From Clostridium sp. 28_12 (lineage in GTDB: Bacteria; Bacillota; Clostridia; TANB77; CAG-508), in the NCBI GenBank assembly GCA_001916055.1, contig MNRR01000035.1, positions 17,302-77,128 on the forward strand: a DNA stretch of 59,827 bases. Reading direction: 5' to 3'. This document shows positions 24,224-32,191 of this stretch, in pieces (within the stretch, counting starts at the first letter, position 1; each line of letters starts with the position of its first letter). The notes under the pieces were generated by a model. That model searched no databases and was not told the origin of the DNA. It saw only the letters and a program-made list of their open reading frames with translations. The position numbers and the translations under genes were made by a program.

Positions 24224-24393
24224 TTGCACACGTGAGATCGCTTTTTTTCCGTGCAAAACTGCACACGTGAGATCGCTTTTTTTTCGTGCAAAACTGCACA
24301 CGTGAGATCGCTTTTTTTCGGTGCAATGCACACGTGAGATCGCTTTTTTTCCGTGCAAAATTGCACAGAAAAAAAGCGGAATAAAATGTGCAA
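24224..24393. repeat. 4 tandem units plus 1 inverted unit of the intergenic repeat family
   Basis: Units start at about 24224, 24259, 24294 and 24327 in the T-rich orientation, with an inverted unit at 24361-24393. The head-to-head junction at 24341-24378 forms an 11+6-bp palindrome. Confidence 0.9.
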
Positions 24394-24433
24394 AAATTTC
24401 CTGTTTATTTTTCTTTCAAATTGTACATCATAA

Positions 24434-24463
24434 GTTTAGAAAAAGCAATAGTTTTTTCTAAAC
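24434..24463. promoter_or_regulatory. perfect 11-bp inverted repeat upstream of the SASP gene
   Basis: gtttagaaaaa-gcaatagt-tttttctaaac, located 36 nt upstream of the SASP start codon. Confidence 0.5.
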
Positions 24464-24498
24464 AATAATAATGTTATATATAGCAGGAGGTGAATAAC

Positions 24499-24720
24499 AT
24501 GTCAAACACAAACAATAGTAACAAAAAATTAGTCAAAAAATTAGTTCCAGAAGCTATGAGCGCTTTAGATAAATTCAAATATGAAGTAGCTTCAGAAGTT
24601 GGTGTTACTTTAAAAGATGGATATAATGGTGATATATCAGCTAAAGATGCTGGTAAAATAGGTGGAAATATGGTTAGAAAAATGATTCAACAAGTTGAAA
24701 ACAATATGGCTAATAAGTAA
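24499..24720 (+). CDS. alpha/beta-type small acid-soluble spore protein
   Basis: MSNTNNSNKKLV..EAMSALDKFKYEVASEVGV...GGNMVRKMIQQVE matches conserved SASP motifs. AGGAGG lies 8 nt upstream of ATG 24499. Confidence 0.9.
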   Translation: MSNTNNSNKKLVKKLVPEAMSALDKFKYEVASEVGVTLKDGYNGDISAKDAGKIGGNMVRKMIQQVENNMANK

Positions 24721-24745
24721 TTTTACTAGTTAGGTCTAGTATTTA

Positions 24746-25042
24746 CTAATCGTATTTTAAGTATGTATAATAATTAATTTTATTATCGTCAATAAGCTTT
24801 TTAGAAATCATTTTACTCCATGGACCTATTTCCATCTTGCTATTTAACATTTCGCAGGCTGCTTTTTCTCCACTCCATACTTTGCAAAAATTACTTTTAT
24901 GCTTTTCACTATAGATTTTTTGCTTTTCACTAGCATAAATAACATTAGGAACTACAGAAATTTCAGCATTATTTTTTATTATTAAATTTAGTAAGTATGA
25001 GACATAATCATTTTCAATGTAGTCATCTCTATATAAATTCAT
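24746..25042 (-). pseudogene. internal fragment of a family 2 glycosyltransferase (N- and C-terminally truncated)
   Basis: RDDYIENDYVSYLLNLIIKNNAEISVV resembles the GT2 DxDD-to-ADI segment. Only 98 aa remain, the expected first 80 or so aa are missing, and it overlaps the cpsB-like start. Confidence 0.45.
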
Positions 25043-25748
25043 TATTTAAAACTTTTTGTGCATTTAAAATTGTTAATTCTTCAAGTTTTTCTGACGAAAT
25101 CCACTTACCTAATTTTTTTATAATTCTAGGAATCTCCGGGTAAACTTGTCCTGCTCTATGGACATCTGAACCCAAAAAGCTTATCCAATCATTTTTTAAT
25201 AGTTTTTTTAATGTTCTCTTTGCTTCTATTCCATACATTCCTATAGCACTTCCATAATTTGATTGAAAAAGTGCTCCCATATCTTTTAGTTCTTTTACAA
25301 ATGTAATATCTTCTTTTACATAGCTATAACGTTCTGGATGAGCAATTATTGGTCTATATCCTCTTTCCATTAAATTATAGACTATTGATTTAGCAAATAA
25401 TGGTTTTGAGTTCATAGGAAGTTCAAATAATAGGTAATCGGTTCCATTTATTGTTGACGCTTTTTGTTGTTCTATTAGGTCTATCATTTCTTCTGTTACA
25501 TAAATTTCGCTTCCTAAATATAAATTCATATTTGTTAAATTATTGCTTTGTATTTGTTTTTTTAATTGCTCTACTAAAGAGCTTCTACTACTTTCATCAC
25601 ATTCGTAATATCCTTGTAAATAATGTGATGTTGAAATAATTCCCGTAAAGCCAACTTGCTGTGCTTCTTTTATTAATTTTATTGATTCCTCAATATTTCT
25701 TGAGCCGTCATCTATATTTGGCAATATATGTGAATGAAAATCTATCAT
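25029..25748 (-). CDS. CpsB/CapC-type PHP-family protein-tyrosine phosphatase
   Basis: MIDFHSHILPNIDDGS...SHY...AHPERY...GSDVH are typical metal-binding motifs. Confidence 0.9.
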   Translation of the reverse strand: MIDFHSHILPNIDDGSRNIEESIKLIKEAQQVGFTGIISTSHYLQGYYECDESSRSSLVEQLKKQIQSNNLTNMNLYLGSEIYVTEEMIDLIEQQKASTINGTDYLLFELPMNSKPLFAKSIVYNLMERGYRPIIAHPERYSYVKEDITFVKELKDMGALFQSNYGSAIGMYGIEAKRTLKKLLKNDWISFLGSDVHRAGQVYPEIPRIIKKLGKWISSEKLEELTILNAQKVLNNEFI

Positions 25749-26857
25749 TAAAAATTCCTCTTATCTCTATTCTCTTTTTCTTTTTGCAAATAATCATTAA
25801 ATTGTTTTAACATCTCAGCAGCTCTATCTTCAGGCGATTTGGCTTGTTGTTGTGGTTGTGTATGTTGTTGTGATATATTTGGTTGTTTTTGACCTTGATT
25901 TTGATTCATATTTTGATTTGTATTTGAGTTTGCATTAGTATTTATATTTGAATTTTGAGTTCTTTGTTGTGGACGCTGCTGTTGATTTTGCTGAGGTATT
26001 TGATTATGTGGACGTTGATTTCCTTGGTTTCCTTGATGTTGCTGTGCAGCATTCCTAGATTCATTTGAGTTTCTATCTCTTTTAATCATGTCATTTGCCC
26101 TATTTCGTTGAGCTTGTCTTCTTTGTTCAAATTCCATTTCTTGTTTTTTTCTAGAATCCACTTTCATAGCATCAAAAGAATAATAATAAGTTTCATTTAT
26201 TTTCTTTCCTGAAACAGGTTTTTTATTATAAACTATTCCTGCAATTCTTCCGCCAACATTTTGAATATCTCTAATAACTTTTGACAAGTCATCTTTTTTT
26301 ACCATATTATGTCCTGTTACTATAATAGTTGAATCAACTATTCTTGATAATACTACAGCATCAGTTACTAGTTTTGATGGTGTACCATCTATAATTATCA
26401 AATCAAACTCTCTCTTTAATTCATTTAATAATGCTGTCATACGTGATGAAGCTAATAATTCTGACGGATTTGGTGGTATATTTCCAGCAGGTAACAAATA
26501 CAAGTTTGGCACCTCTGTTTCCTTTACATATTTGCCTAGGTTGTTTCCGTCATTATTCTCATTCATTCCTGCTAAATAATTAGATAATCCTGGGCAAGCT
26601 TCTACTCTAAATATTTTATATAGCGAACATTTTCTCATATCCGCATCAATTAAAAGTACTCTTTTATTGGCTTGTGCAAATGTTATAGCCAAGTTTGATG
26701 ATATCCAAGACTTTCCTTCATTTGGTATTGTTGATGTTACTAGTAATGTTCTAAGTTTTTTATTAGAGTTTATGAATTGTACATTAGTTCTTAAAGTTCT
26801 AAATAATTCAGAAACATGAGATTTTGGGTCTTCATATGCTATTAGTTCTCTTCTCAT
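25748..26857 (-). CDS. CpsD/CapB-type BY-kinase (tyrosine autokinase) with a long Q/N-rich C-terminal extension
   Basis: Walker A' and A motifs (TSTIPNEGKSW, LLIDADMRK) and Y-cluster ETYYYSF, followed by about 140 aa of Q/N-rich low complexity. Confidence 0.85.
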   Translation of the reverse strand: MRRELIAYEDPKSHVSELFRTLRTNVQFINSNKKLRTLLVTSTIPNEGKSWISSNLAITFAQANKRVLLIDADMRKCSLYKIFRVEACPGLSNYLAGMNENNDGNNLGKYVKETEVPNLYLLPAGNIPPNPSELLASSRMTALLNELKREFDLIIIDGTPSKLVTDAVVLSRIVDSTIIVTGHNMVKKDDLSKVIRDIQNVGGRIAGIVYNKKPVSGKKINETYYYSFDAMKVDSRKKQEMEFEQRRQAQRNRANDMIKRDRNSNESRNAAQQHQGNQGNQRPHNQIPQQNQQQRPQQRTQNSNINTNANSNTNQNMNQNQGQKQPNISQQHTQPQQQAKSPEDRAAEMLKQFNDYLQKEKENRDKRNF

Positions 26858-27567
26858 TTGTTATTTCTCCTCCTTTTTTTGTTATCATTGTTTTCATAAA
26901 GTGGCATTGTTGCTAATACTGTTTGTTTGAAAATCTTTTCTATGTCATCTTCTGATTTTATTGTTGTATCTAACATATTAGATATTAAAACATACATTAC
27001 AGATATTACAATTCCGATGAATGCAAAAATAATAATATCTTTTAAATGATTAACATTATATGGTGATTGTGGAACTTCTGCTGCATCTACAACATGAACG
27101 TTTTCAACTTTATAAAATTCTTTTACATTTTCTATGAACACTTTAGACATCTCATTAGCAATCTTAGTTGCTAAAACTGGATCTTCATTTTTTACTGAAA
27201 TTTCAATAAACTCAGTATCTTCTGTTGCAGTTACACTTACGCTATTTTTTAATACATCTTCATCCATATTTAAAGATAAATTAGATATTACATTTCTTAT
27301 AACTTTATCACTTTTTACAAGTTTACTATATGTAGAAACTAACTTTGAGTTTAATGTAACATCTGTAGTTGTTATTGATGTTGAACCTGCATTAACAGAT
27401 GAAGAGTTCGTTGCAAGTAACAAACTTGTTTTTGCCACATATTTAGGCTTTACGCATGTTGACGTATATATTATGCCTATAACTGCAGAAATTGCTACGA
27501 CTAATATTATTTGTATTTTCTTTTCCCAAAACATTTGTAATAATTCTTTTAAATCTAGTTCTTCCAT
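26854..27567 (-). CDS. Wzz/CpsC chain-length determinant (kinase modulator)
   Basis: MEELDLKELLQMFWEKKIQIILVV..., with two TM helices flanking an extracytoplasmic loop. Overlaps the kinase gene by 4 nt. Confidence 0.8.
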   Translation of the reverse strand: MEELDLKELLQMFWEKKIQIILVVAISAVIGIIYTSTCVKPKYVAKTSLLLATNSSSVNAGSTSITTTDVTLNSKLVSTYSKLVKSDKVIRNVISNLSLNMDEDVLKNSVSVTATEDTEFIEISVKNEDPVLATKIANEMSKVFIENVKEFYKVENVHVVDAAEVPQSPYNVNHLKDIIIFAFIGIVISVMYVLISNMLDTTIKSEDDIEKIFKQTVLATMPLYENNDNKKRRRNNK

Positions 27568-27599
27568 TATATTCTTTTCCCTTTCCGAGTATAATTATT

Positions 27600-28451
27600 T
27601 TATTCAGCCTCATTTTGTTCAGGCTCATCTTTTGTTTTTTTATTAACTTTTATTGATACATATATTCCAAGTATAATTACGGCAAATATGCATGTTCCTA
27701 ATGCCAACGAATTAATTTTATTTAATACATCTTGAATAATTGTTACCAAACAATTTGAAAATACATCATTAAAAATTTTTATATTTTTTACATCTACATT
27801 TGATGTTATTATTTGGCAAGCTACAATTTGAAACATTGATGCTGACATTAATGCAATTCCCAAAGCTTGAATATCTTTCGAAATTTTCTTTTTATTTATT
27901 ATAATTATTAAAATTAAATCTATAAAAAATACTATTAATAATGTATTATACACCTTATTTAACAAGGTATTTATTTTGTTATACATTTTATTAATTTCTG
28001 TCTCGTATTTGCTATGAACTAAAGTATCTGTATATTCTTGGCAGATGTGTTTTACAAATTCATTTATTGCACTTTCGTTTTGCTTATTTTTTATTCCAGA
28101 TTTGTCAATATTTGCATTTAACTTTTCTGAAATTTCAGTTGTATCTATACTTTGATTGGTTCCACTATATATATTGTTTAACATGATATTAATATCTTTT
28201 TTTACTTTGTCTTGTGAACATATTTCTTTTAACACTTCTTCATCTAACCCTGATTGATATATATAATTTTCAAAATTTGATTCTACCAATTTGTATGTTC
28301 CAGAATAAAAATCTGTTTCTTCTAATTTTTGTACAACATAATCTTTATTTAAAACAGTTGAAAATGCAATTGCAAATAATCCAAGTCCTATTATAGCTAC
28401 TGTTAGTATCATTATAAATATAAATTTTAGAAGATTTACTAATACTTTCAT
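27600..28451 (-). CDS. hypothetical integral membrane protein
   Basis: 283 aa. N-terminal TM, a soluble segment of about 150 aa, then several C-terminal TM helices. No motif recognised. Confidence 0.5.
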   Translation of the reverse strand: MKVLVNLLKFIFIMILTVAIIGLGLFAIAFSTVLNKDYVVQKLEETDFYSGTYKLVESNFENYIYQSGLDEEVLKEICSQDKVKKDINIMLNNIYSGTNQSIDTTEISEKLNANIDKSGIKNKQNESAINEFVKHICQEYTDTLVHSKYETEINKMYNKINTLLNKVYNTLLIVFFIDLILIIIINKKKISKDIQALGIALMSASMFQIVACQIITSNVDVKNIKIFNDVFSNCLVTIIQDVLNKINSLALGTCIFAVIILGIYVSIKVNKKTKDEPEQNEAE

Positions 28452-28475
28452 TTTTATTTTCCTTTCCTATTATGC

Positions 28476-29111
28476 TTATTTTTCTAATTCTGCATATACA
28501 ACATATCTTTGAGTTGCATATCCAACATTGTTAAATGGATAACATGTATATACCATCAAAATTTCTTTATCTCTTTGAATTGGTAGTTTATCTACTTCTG
28601 TTTCTTTTATTAATTGCATATCATAAATTTTATATACATATTCTCCATATGATGTTGTAACTTTTATTTCGTTTCCTATTTGTAATTCTGAAAATCTTCT
28701 AAACATTTTTTTTGAATTGTGCCCCATATATATTATTGAACCACCTTCGCCTGGAAAGTAGCTTCCACTAGAATGTCCCACTCCTTTTTTTAGGATATCT
28801 AATGTGTCTCCATAATATACAGGTAAATTAACTCCTATCTTGTCTATTTCTATTGTTGCATATTGTGTTCCATATTCTGGATAGTTTTTTATTGTTGTTT
28901 TTTCGTTTTCATTGTCAGTACTAATTACTGGTGCTGCTTGCTCACCTTGATTGTTTGTTGCTATTGATACTTTATTTGCTAAAGTAAAAATATTATCTAT
29001 TTCTCGCCCTAAAAATAGTTTTATTGCTAGTAATAATAGCACAGTAATTAATAAAGCAACTATTATGCTACTAATAGTTGCTTTTACTGATTGTACTAGT
29101 TTATTTTTCAT
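28476..29111 (-). CDS. sortase family transpeptidase
   Basis: N-terminal TM. Catalytic His in IIYMGHN, TLxTC-like MVYTCYP, and C-terminal Arg in ATQRYVVYA. Start set to ATG 29111, overlapping the upstream gene by 11 nt. Confidence 0.8.
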   Translation of the reverse strand: MKNKLVQSVKATISSIIVALLITVLLLLAIKLFLGREIDNIFTLANKVSIATNNQGEQAAPVISTDNENEKTTIKNYPEYGTQYATIEIDKIGVNLPVYYGDTLDILKKGVGHSSGSYFPGEGGSIIYMGHNSKKMFRRFSELQIGNEIKVTTSYGEYVYKIYDMQLIKETEVDKLPIQRDKEILMVYTCYPFNNVGYATQRYVVYAELEK

Positions 29112-29625
29112 TTGAAATTCTCTTTGTTGCAACAGTGATAGCAAGGGCAATTACTGCTATTACAGAAGTTGTTAAAACAACATTAACATTATTTCCTGTA
29201 TATGCTAATTTTCCATTATTGTTTCCAATTGTTTCAATTAGTTTTCCAGCATTGTTGTAAATTTCAACTGTATTCTTTTTGAATACTAATTTAACGTCTA
29301 TTATATCTGCTGCTGAGTTAGCTATTGATTTTACTTGGTCTTTTTGAGCATCTGTTAATTTTCTGTAGTCTGTTGTTCCAGCTGCTTCCATTACAGCTAT
29401 TGCTTCGTCTGCTTTTGCAACGATTGCATTTGCTTGTTCATCAGTTATAGTATTTTCTGATAAATATCTTTCTACTTTTACTTTATCAGCTGATGTCATT
29501 CCATATTTTTTTCCTTTTGCATATAATTCGTCTGCTAATGTTGCTGTTGTTGCAGCATTTACCAATGTTGCACATGCCATTACTATTACGGCTGTTAAAA
29601 TTGATATCAATAAACTCTTTTTCAT
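29101..29625 (-). CDS. small secreted protein with a LAYTG cell-wall sorting signal (likely substrate of the adjacent sortase)
   Basis: Signal peptide MKKSLLISILTAVIVMACATLVNA. C-terminus LAYTG, hydrophobic helix, then KRISNEK. Confidence 0.7.
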   Translation of the reverse strand: MKKSLLISILTAVIVMACATLVNAATTATLADELYAKGKKYGMTSADKVKVERYLSENTITDEQANAIVAKADEAIAVMEAAGTTDYRKLTDAQKDQVKSIANSAADIIDVKLVFKKNTVEIYNNAGKLIETIGNNNGKLAYTGNNVNVVLTTSVIAVIALAITVATKRISNEK

Positions 29626-29714
29626 AATTATCTCCCTCTCTTTTTTTATTTTACTATTTGATTATAACATTTTATATTTTATTGTGCAATAGTTTTTTGA
29701 AATTTTTTGTTGTT

Positions 29715-30086
29715 TTATAAATTGCAATAAAATCTTCTGATTAATCTATTATCAAATGTTATTGTTTTAAATTTATCTTTAAATTCTGCTTTATATTTTT
29801 TCTCTGATACATCTGCACTATATACATATTTTATTTCTAACTGTGTTGTTAGATTTTCTACCATTCCTCTTTTTATTTTTCTTTGTATTGTTCTCACACT
29901 TTTATTTAATAATTTTGCTATCTCTGAACATGCCTTCTTTTCTATGTTATACCATCTTTCTATTTGTGTTTTTTCAACATAATTTAAATGTTGGTATTTC
30001 TTTTTTTCTATTTTTTTGTTATAATCTTTTTGACACATATTTTTACAAATCATTTCAATGTTTTCTTGACAATCACATTGTATCAT
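29715..30086 (-). mobile_element. remnant of an IS30-family transposase (N-terminal HTH region only, no DDE domain)
   Basis: LNYVEKTQIERWYNIEKKACSEIAKLLNKSVRTIQRKIKRG...YSADVSEKKY resembles the IS30 N-terminal HTH. The ORF ends after 123 aa. Confidence 0.55.
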
Positions 30087-30123
30087 TTGTAATCTTATGT
30101 GTCTATTTTTATTTCAAAGTGCG

Positions 30124-30705
30124 TCACTTAATTTTACCATTTATAAATTTTTTGTTGTTTTTTAAGTTTAATATTATTTTTAAAATTATTATATAAAAAA
30201 CACATCCTATTATTGCACCCGCAGTATCTATCAAAACATCTGTAAATCGGCTTGTTCTGCCTATTACGAACAGTTGGTGAAATTCATCTGTACATGCATA
30301 TATAAATGATATTATTATTGCAATTATTATTGATTTTGACTTTTTTATATTATATTTTTGCATACAATTCAATATTAAAATACTTAATATGCAATATTCA
30401 CTAGCATGCATACATTTTCGTAATGGCGTATTTAATTTTTCTACAAGTCGTTCTTTTGGTGCCTCTTCATTGTTTTTAGGCTTTTCTGCAACATCTTTAT
30501 TAGGTTCTGTTGTTGTCTTCTCCTCTGACTCCACACTTTCTTTTGAGTCTAAATTTTTTATTGTATTTACAGTTTCTTTTATTGCTTCTTTACTTTTTTG
30601 ATTCGATTCTTCCCCTGACATTGCAGAAAAAGTAAATATTACTGCCATCCAAATTATTATTGATATTATATTTATAACTTTTTTCATTTTTTTACTTATT
30701 TCCAT
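30124..30705 (-). CDS. VanZ family membrane protein
   Basis: DEFHQLFVIGRTSRFTDVLIDTAGAIIG VanZ motif with 4 TM helices. Confidence 0.8.
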   Translation of the reverse strand: MEISKKMKKVINIISIIIWMAVIFTFSAMSGEESNQKSKEAIKETVNTIKNLDSKESVESEEKTTTEPNKDVAEKPKNNEEAPKERLVEKLNTPLRKCMHASEYCILSILILNCMQKYNIKKSKSIIIAIIISFIYACTDEFHQLFVIGRTSRFTDVLIDTAGAIIGCVFYIIILKIILNLKNNKKFINGKIK

Positions 30706-31186
30706 CTACATTCTCTATATTTATTTCCCATATATAGCCATATTCATTATAAGAAAATCTTACATTATATTTTTGATAAATTGATATACAATCTGCTATC
30801 TGGTATATGTTGCTAGGATATCTTACACCATAACTTCTTGAACCATTTAGCCCTGCTTTCATCTGCCCATCATTTGCAAATTCTTTTAAAATGCTATCTA
30901 CATTTGTACGTATACATACACAACTTTTTATTGTATCTTGACTTTTATATAATTCTTGATTGTTATCAGCAGCAAGTTTTAACAAACGTTTTACTTCTCC
31001 GCCACTTCTAATTCCACTATATAATTCATATTGTTTATTACGTGTCATTGCTTCCATATCAGCTATTGTTGATTCTGCATTTTCGCTCTCACTTGATTGT
31101 GAATATATATACTCTCCTAATGAAATTACTAATAGTGCAAAAAGAACACTTGCAGCTATGATTAAAGCTTTATTAGTATTTCCCAT
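30692..31186 (-). CDS. orphan sixth member of the MxNxxKAL pilin-like family
   Basis: MGNTNKALIIAASVLFALLVISL, followed by the shared post-helix motif YELYSGIRSGGEVKRLLKL. GAGGGGGA RBS. Overlaps the VanZ gene by 14 nt. Confidence 0.55.
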   Translation of the reverse strand: MGNTNKALIIAASVLFALLVISLGEYIYSQSSESENAESTIADMEAMTRNKQYELYSGIRSGGEVKRLLKLAADNNQELYKSQDTIKSCVCIRTNVDSILKEFANDGQMKAGLNGSRSYGVRYPSNIYQIADCISIYQKYNVRFSYNEYGYIWEINIENVDGNK

Positions 31187-31215
31187 ATACTAATCCCCCT
31201 CTTAGTTTTTTCTTA

Positions 31216-32175
31216 TTACCTTTTGGCTATTCTTTTCACTTTCCAATAGATTCTTTTTATTATACTTGGTGTATATGTATATTTTTTTACCAATTTATCA
31301 AATGGCATTTTGTCTAAATTTTCGAAGAATTTTTTTCTATTATAATCTGGTTTTACAGATTTTGTCATACTTGGATTATATCGTATTGCTTCTTCAAAAT
31401 CAACCTCTTTATACATTATTTTGTCTTTTATTTGTTCAAATATCTGCTTTCCTTTTTCTGAATTTACTATTACTAAAGATGTTCCTTTGTCATCATCCAT
31501 TTCTGGAGCAACATTCTCTATTCCCCAAAAGTCTGCTAATGTTATGTCTGATGCTCTATTCTTTTTCTTGAATTGACAGTTGTAACATGATTCTCTTAAG
31601 CTTGTGTTTCTCAAGAATGCTTGCATATATGGGTCTTGATCCAAATTATTTATATAATTCTGACCATCTTTATATTCAAACTTCATGCTGAATTTTCTCC
31701 AGCCTTCATCTTTATTTCTAAATGATATATTTTCTGGATTCTGACCTGATTGTTCTTTTCTAAATTTCAAATACCTTTCCCATACTTTATGTGGTGGAAC
31801 TCCATGACAAATTATGTCTTGTGTATACAATTTTTCATATTCTTTATTCAAATATTTTTTTAGCCCTTCAATTTGACATGGCGTTCCTGTAAATAGCACA
31901 TATCTTCCATCTTCTAAAAATTCTTTTACTTTTTTTAAACTGTCTCCAATTTGACTTTGTGCATATTTGGATCCTCTGAATTTTTCACAGTCTTTTTTGT
32001 TTTCTGCATATGTATGAATTATGCTATAGTTCTTATCAAATGCTACTCCAAATACGACGCCTCCATTTTGTAATATATTTTCTGCCAATAATGTGAACAT
32101 TCCTCCGGATGAACTACTATTTCTTATTTTATTATCTTTATTAATACAAGCAAAAGCTTTAGGCATCTCATCCAT
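31216..32175 (-). CDS. coenzyme F420 hydrogenase/dehydrogenase beta-subunit-like protein (FrhB family, no ferredoxin domain)
   Basis: SSSGGMFTLLAE...FRGSKYAQS...FTGTPCQIEGLKKYL...ICHGVP are FrhB-like motifs, of the kind commonly partnered with pyruvyltransferases in EPS loci. Confidence 0.7.
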   Translation of the reverse strand: MDEMPKAFACINKDNKIRNSSSSGGMFTLLAENILQNGGVVFGVAFDKNYSIIHTYAENKKDCEKFRGSKYAQSQIGDSLKKVKEFLEDGRYVLFTGTPCQIEGLKKYLNKEYEKLYTQDIICHGVPPHKVWERYLKFRKEQSGQNPENISFRNKDEGWRKFSMKFEYKDGQNYINNLDQDPYMQAFLRNTSLRESCYNCQFKKKNRASDITLADFWGIENVAPEMDDDKGTSLVIVNSEKGKQIFEQIKDKIMYKEVDFEEAIRYNPSMTKSVKPDYNRKKFFENLDKMPFDKLVKKYTYTPSIIKRIYWKVKRIAKR

Positions 32176-32191
32176 ATAATTACCTACCTTT

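Noticed and set aside
24199-24393. 64-aa ORF, plus the N-terminal extensions of ORFs 5881..6531 and 23340..24326 (CTEKKRSHVC-type peptides)
   Set aside because: These are translations of the repeat arrays, giving the same peptide wherever the repeat occurs. Proper RBS-linked ATGs lie downstream (6447 and 24206).
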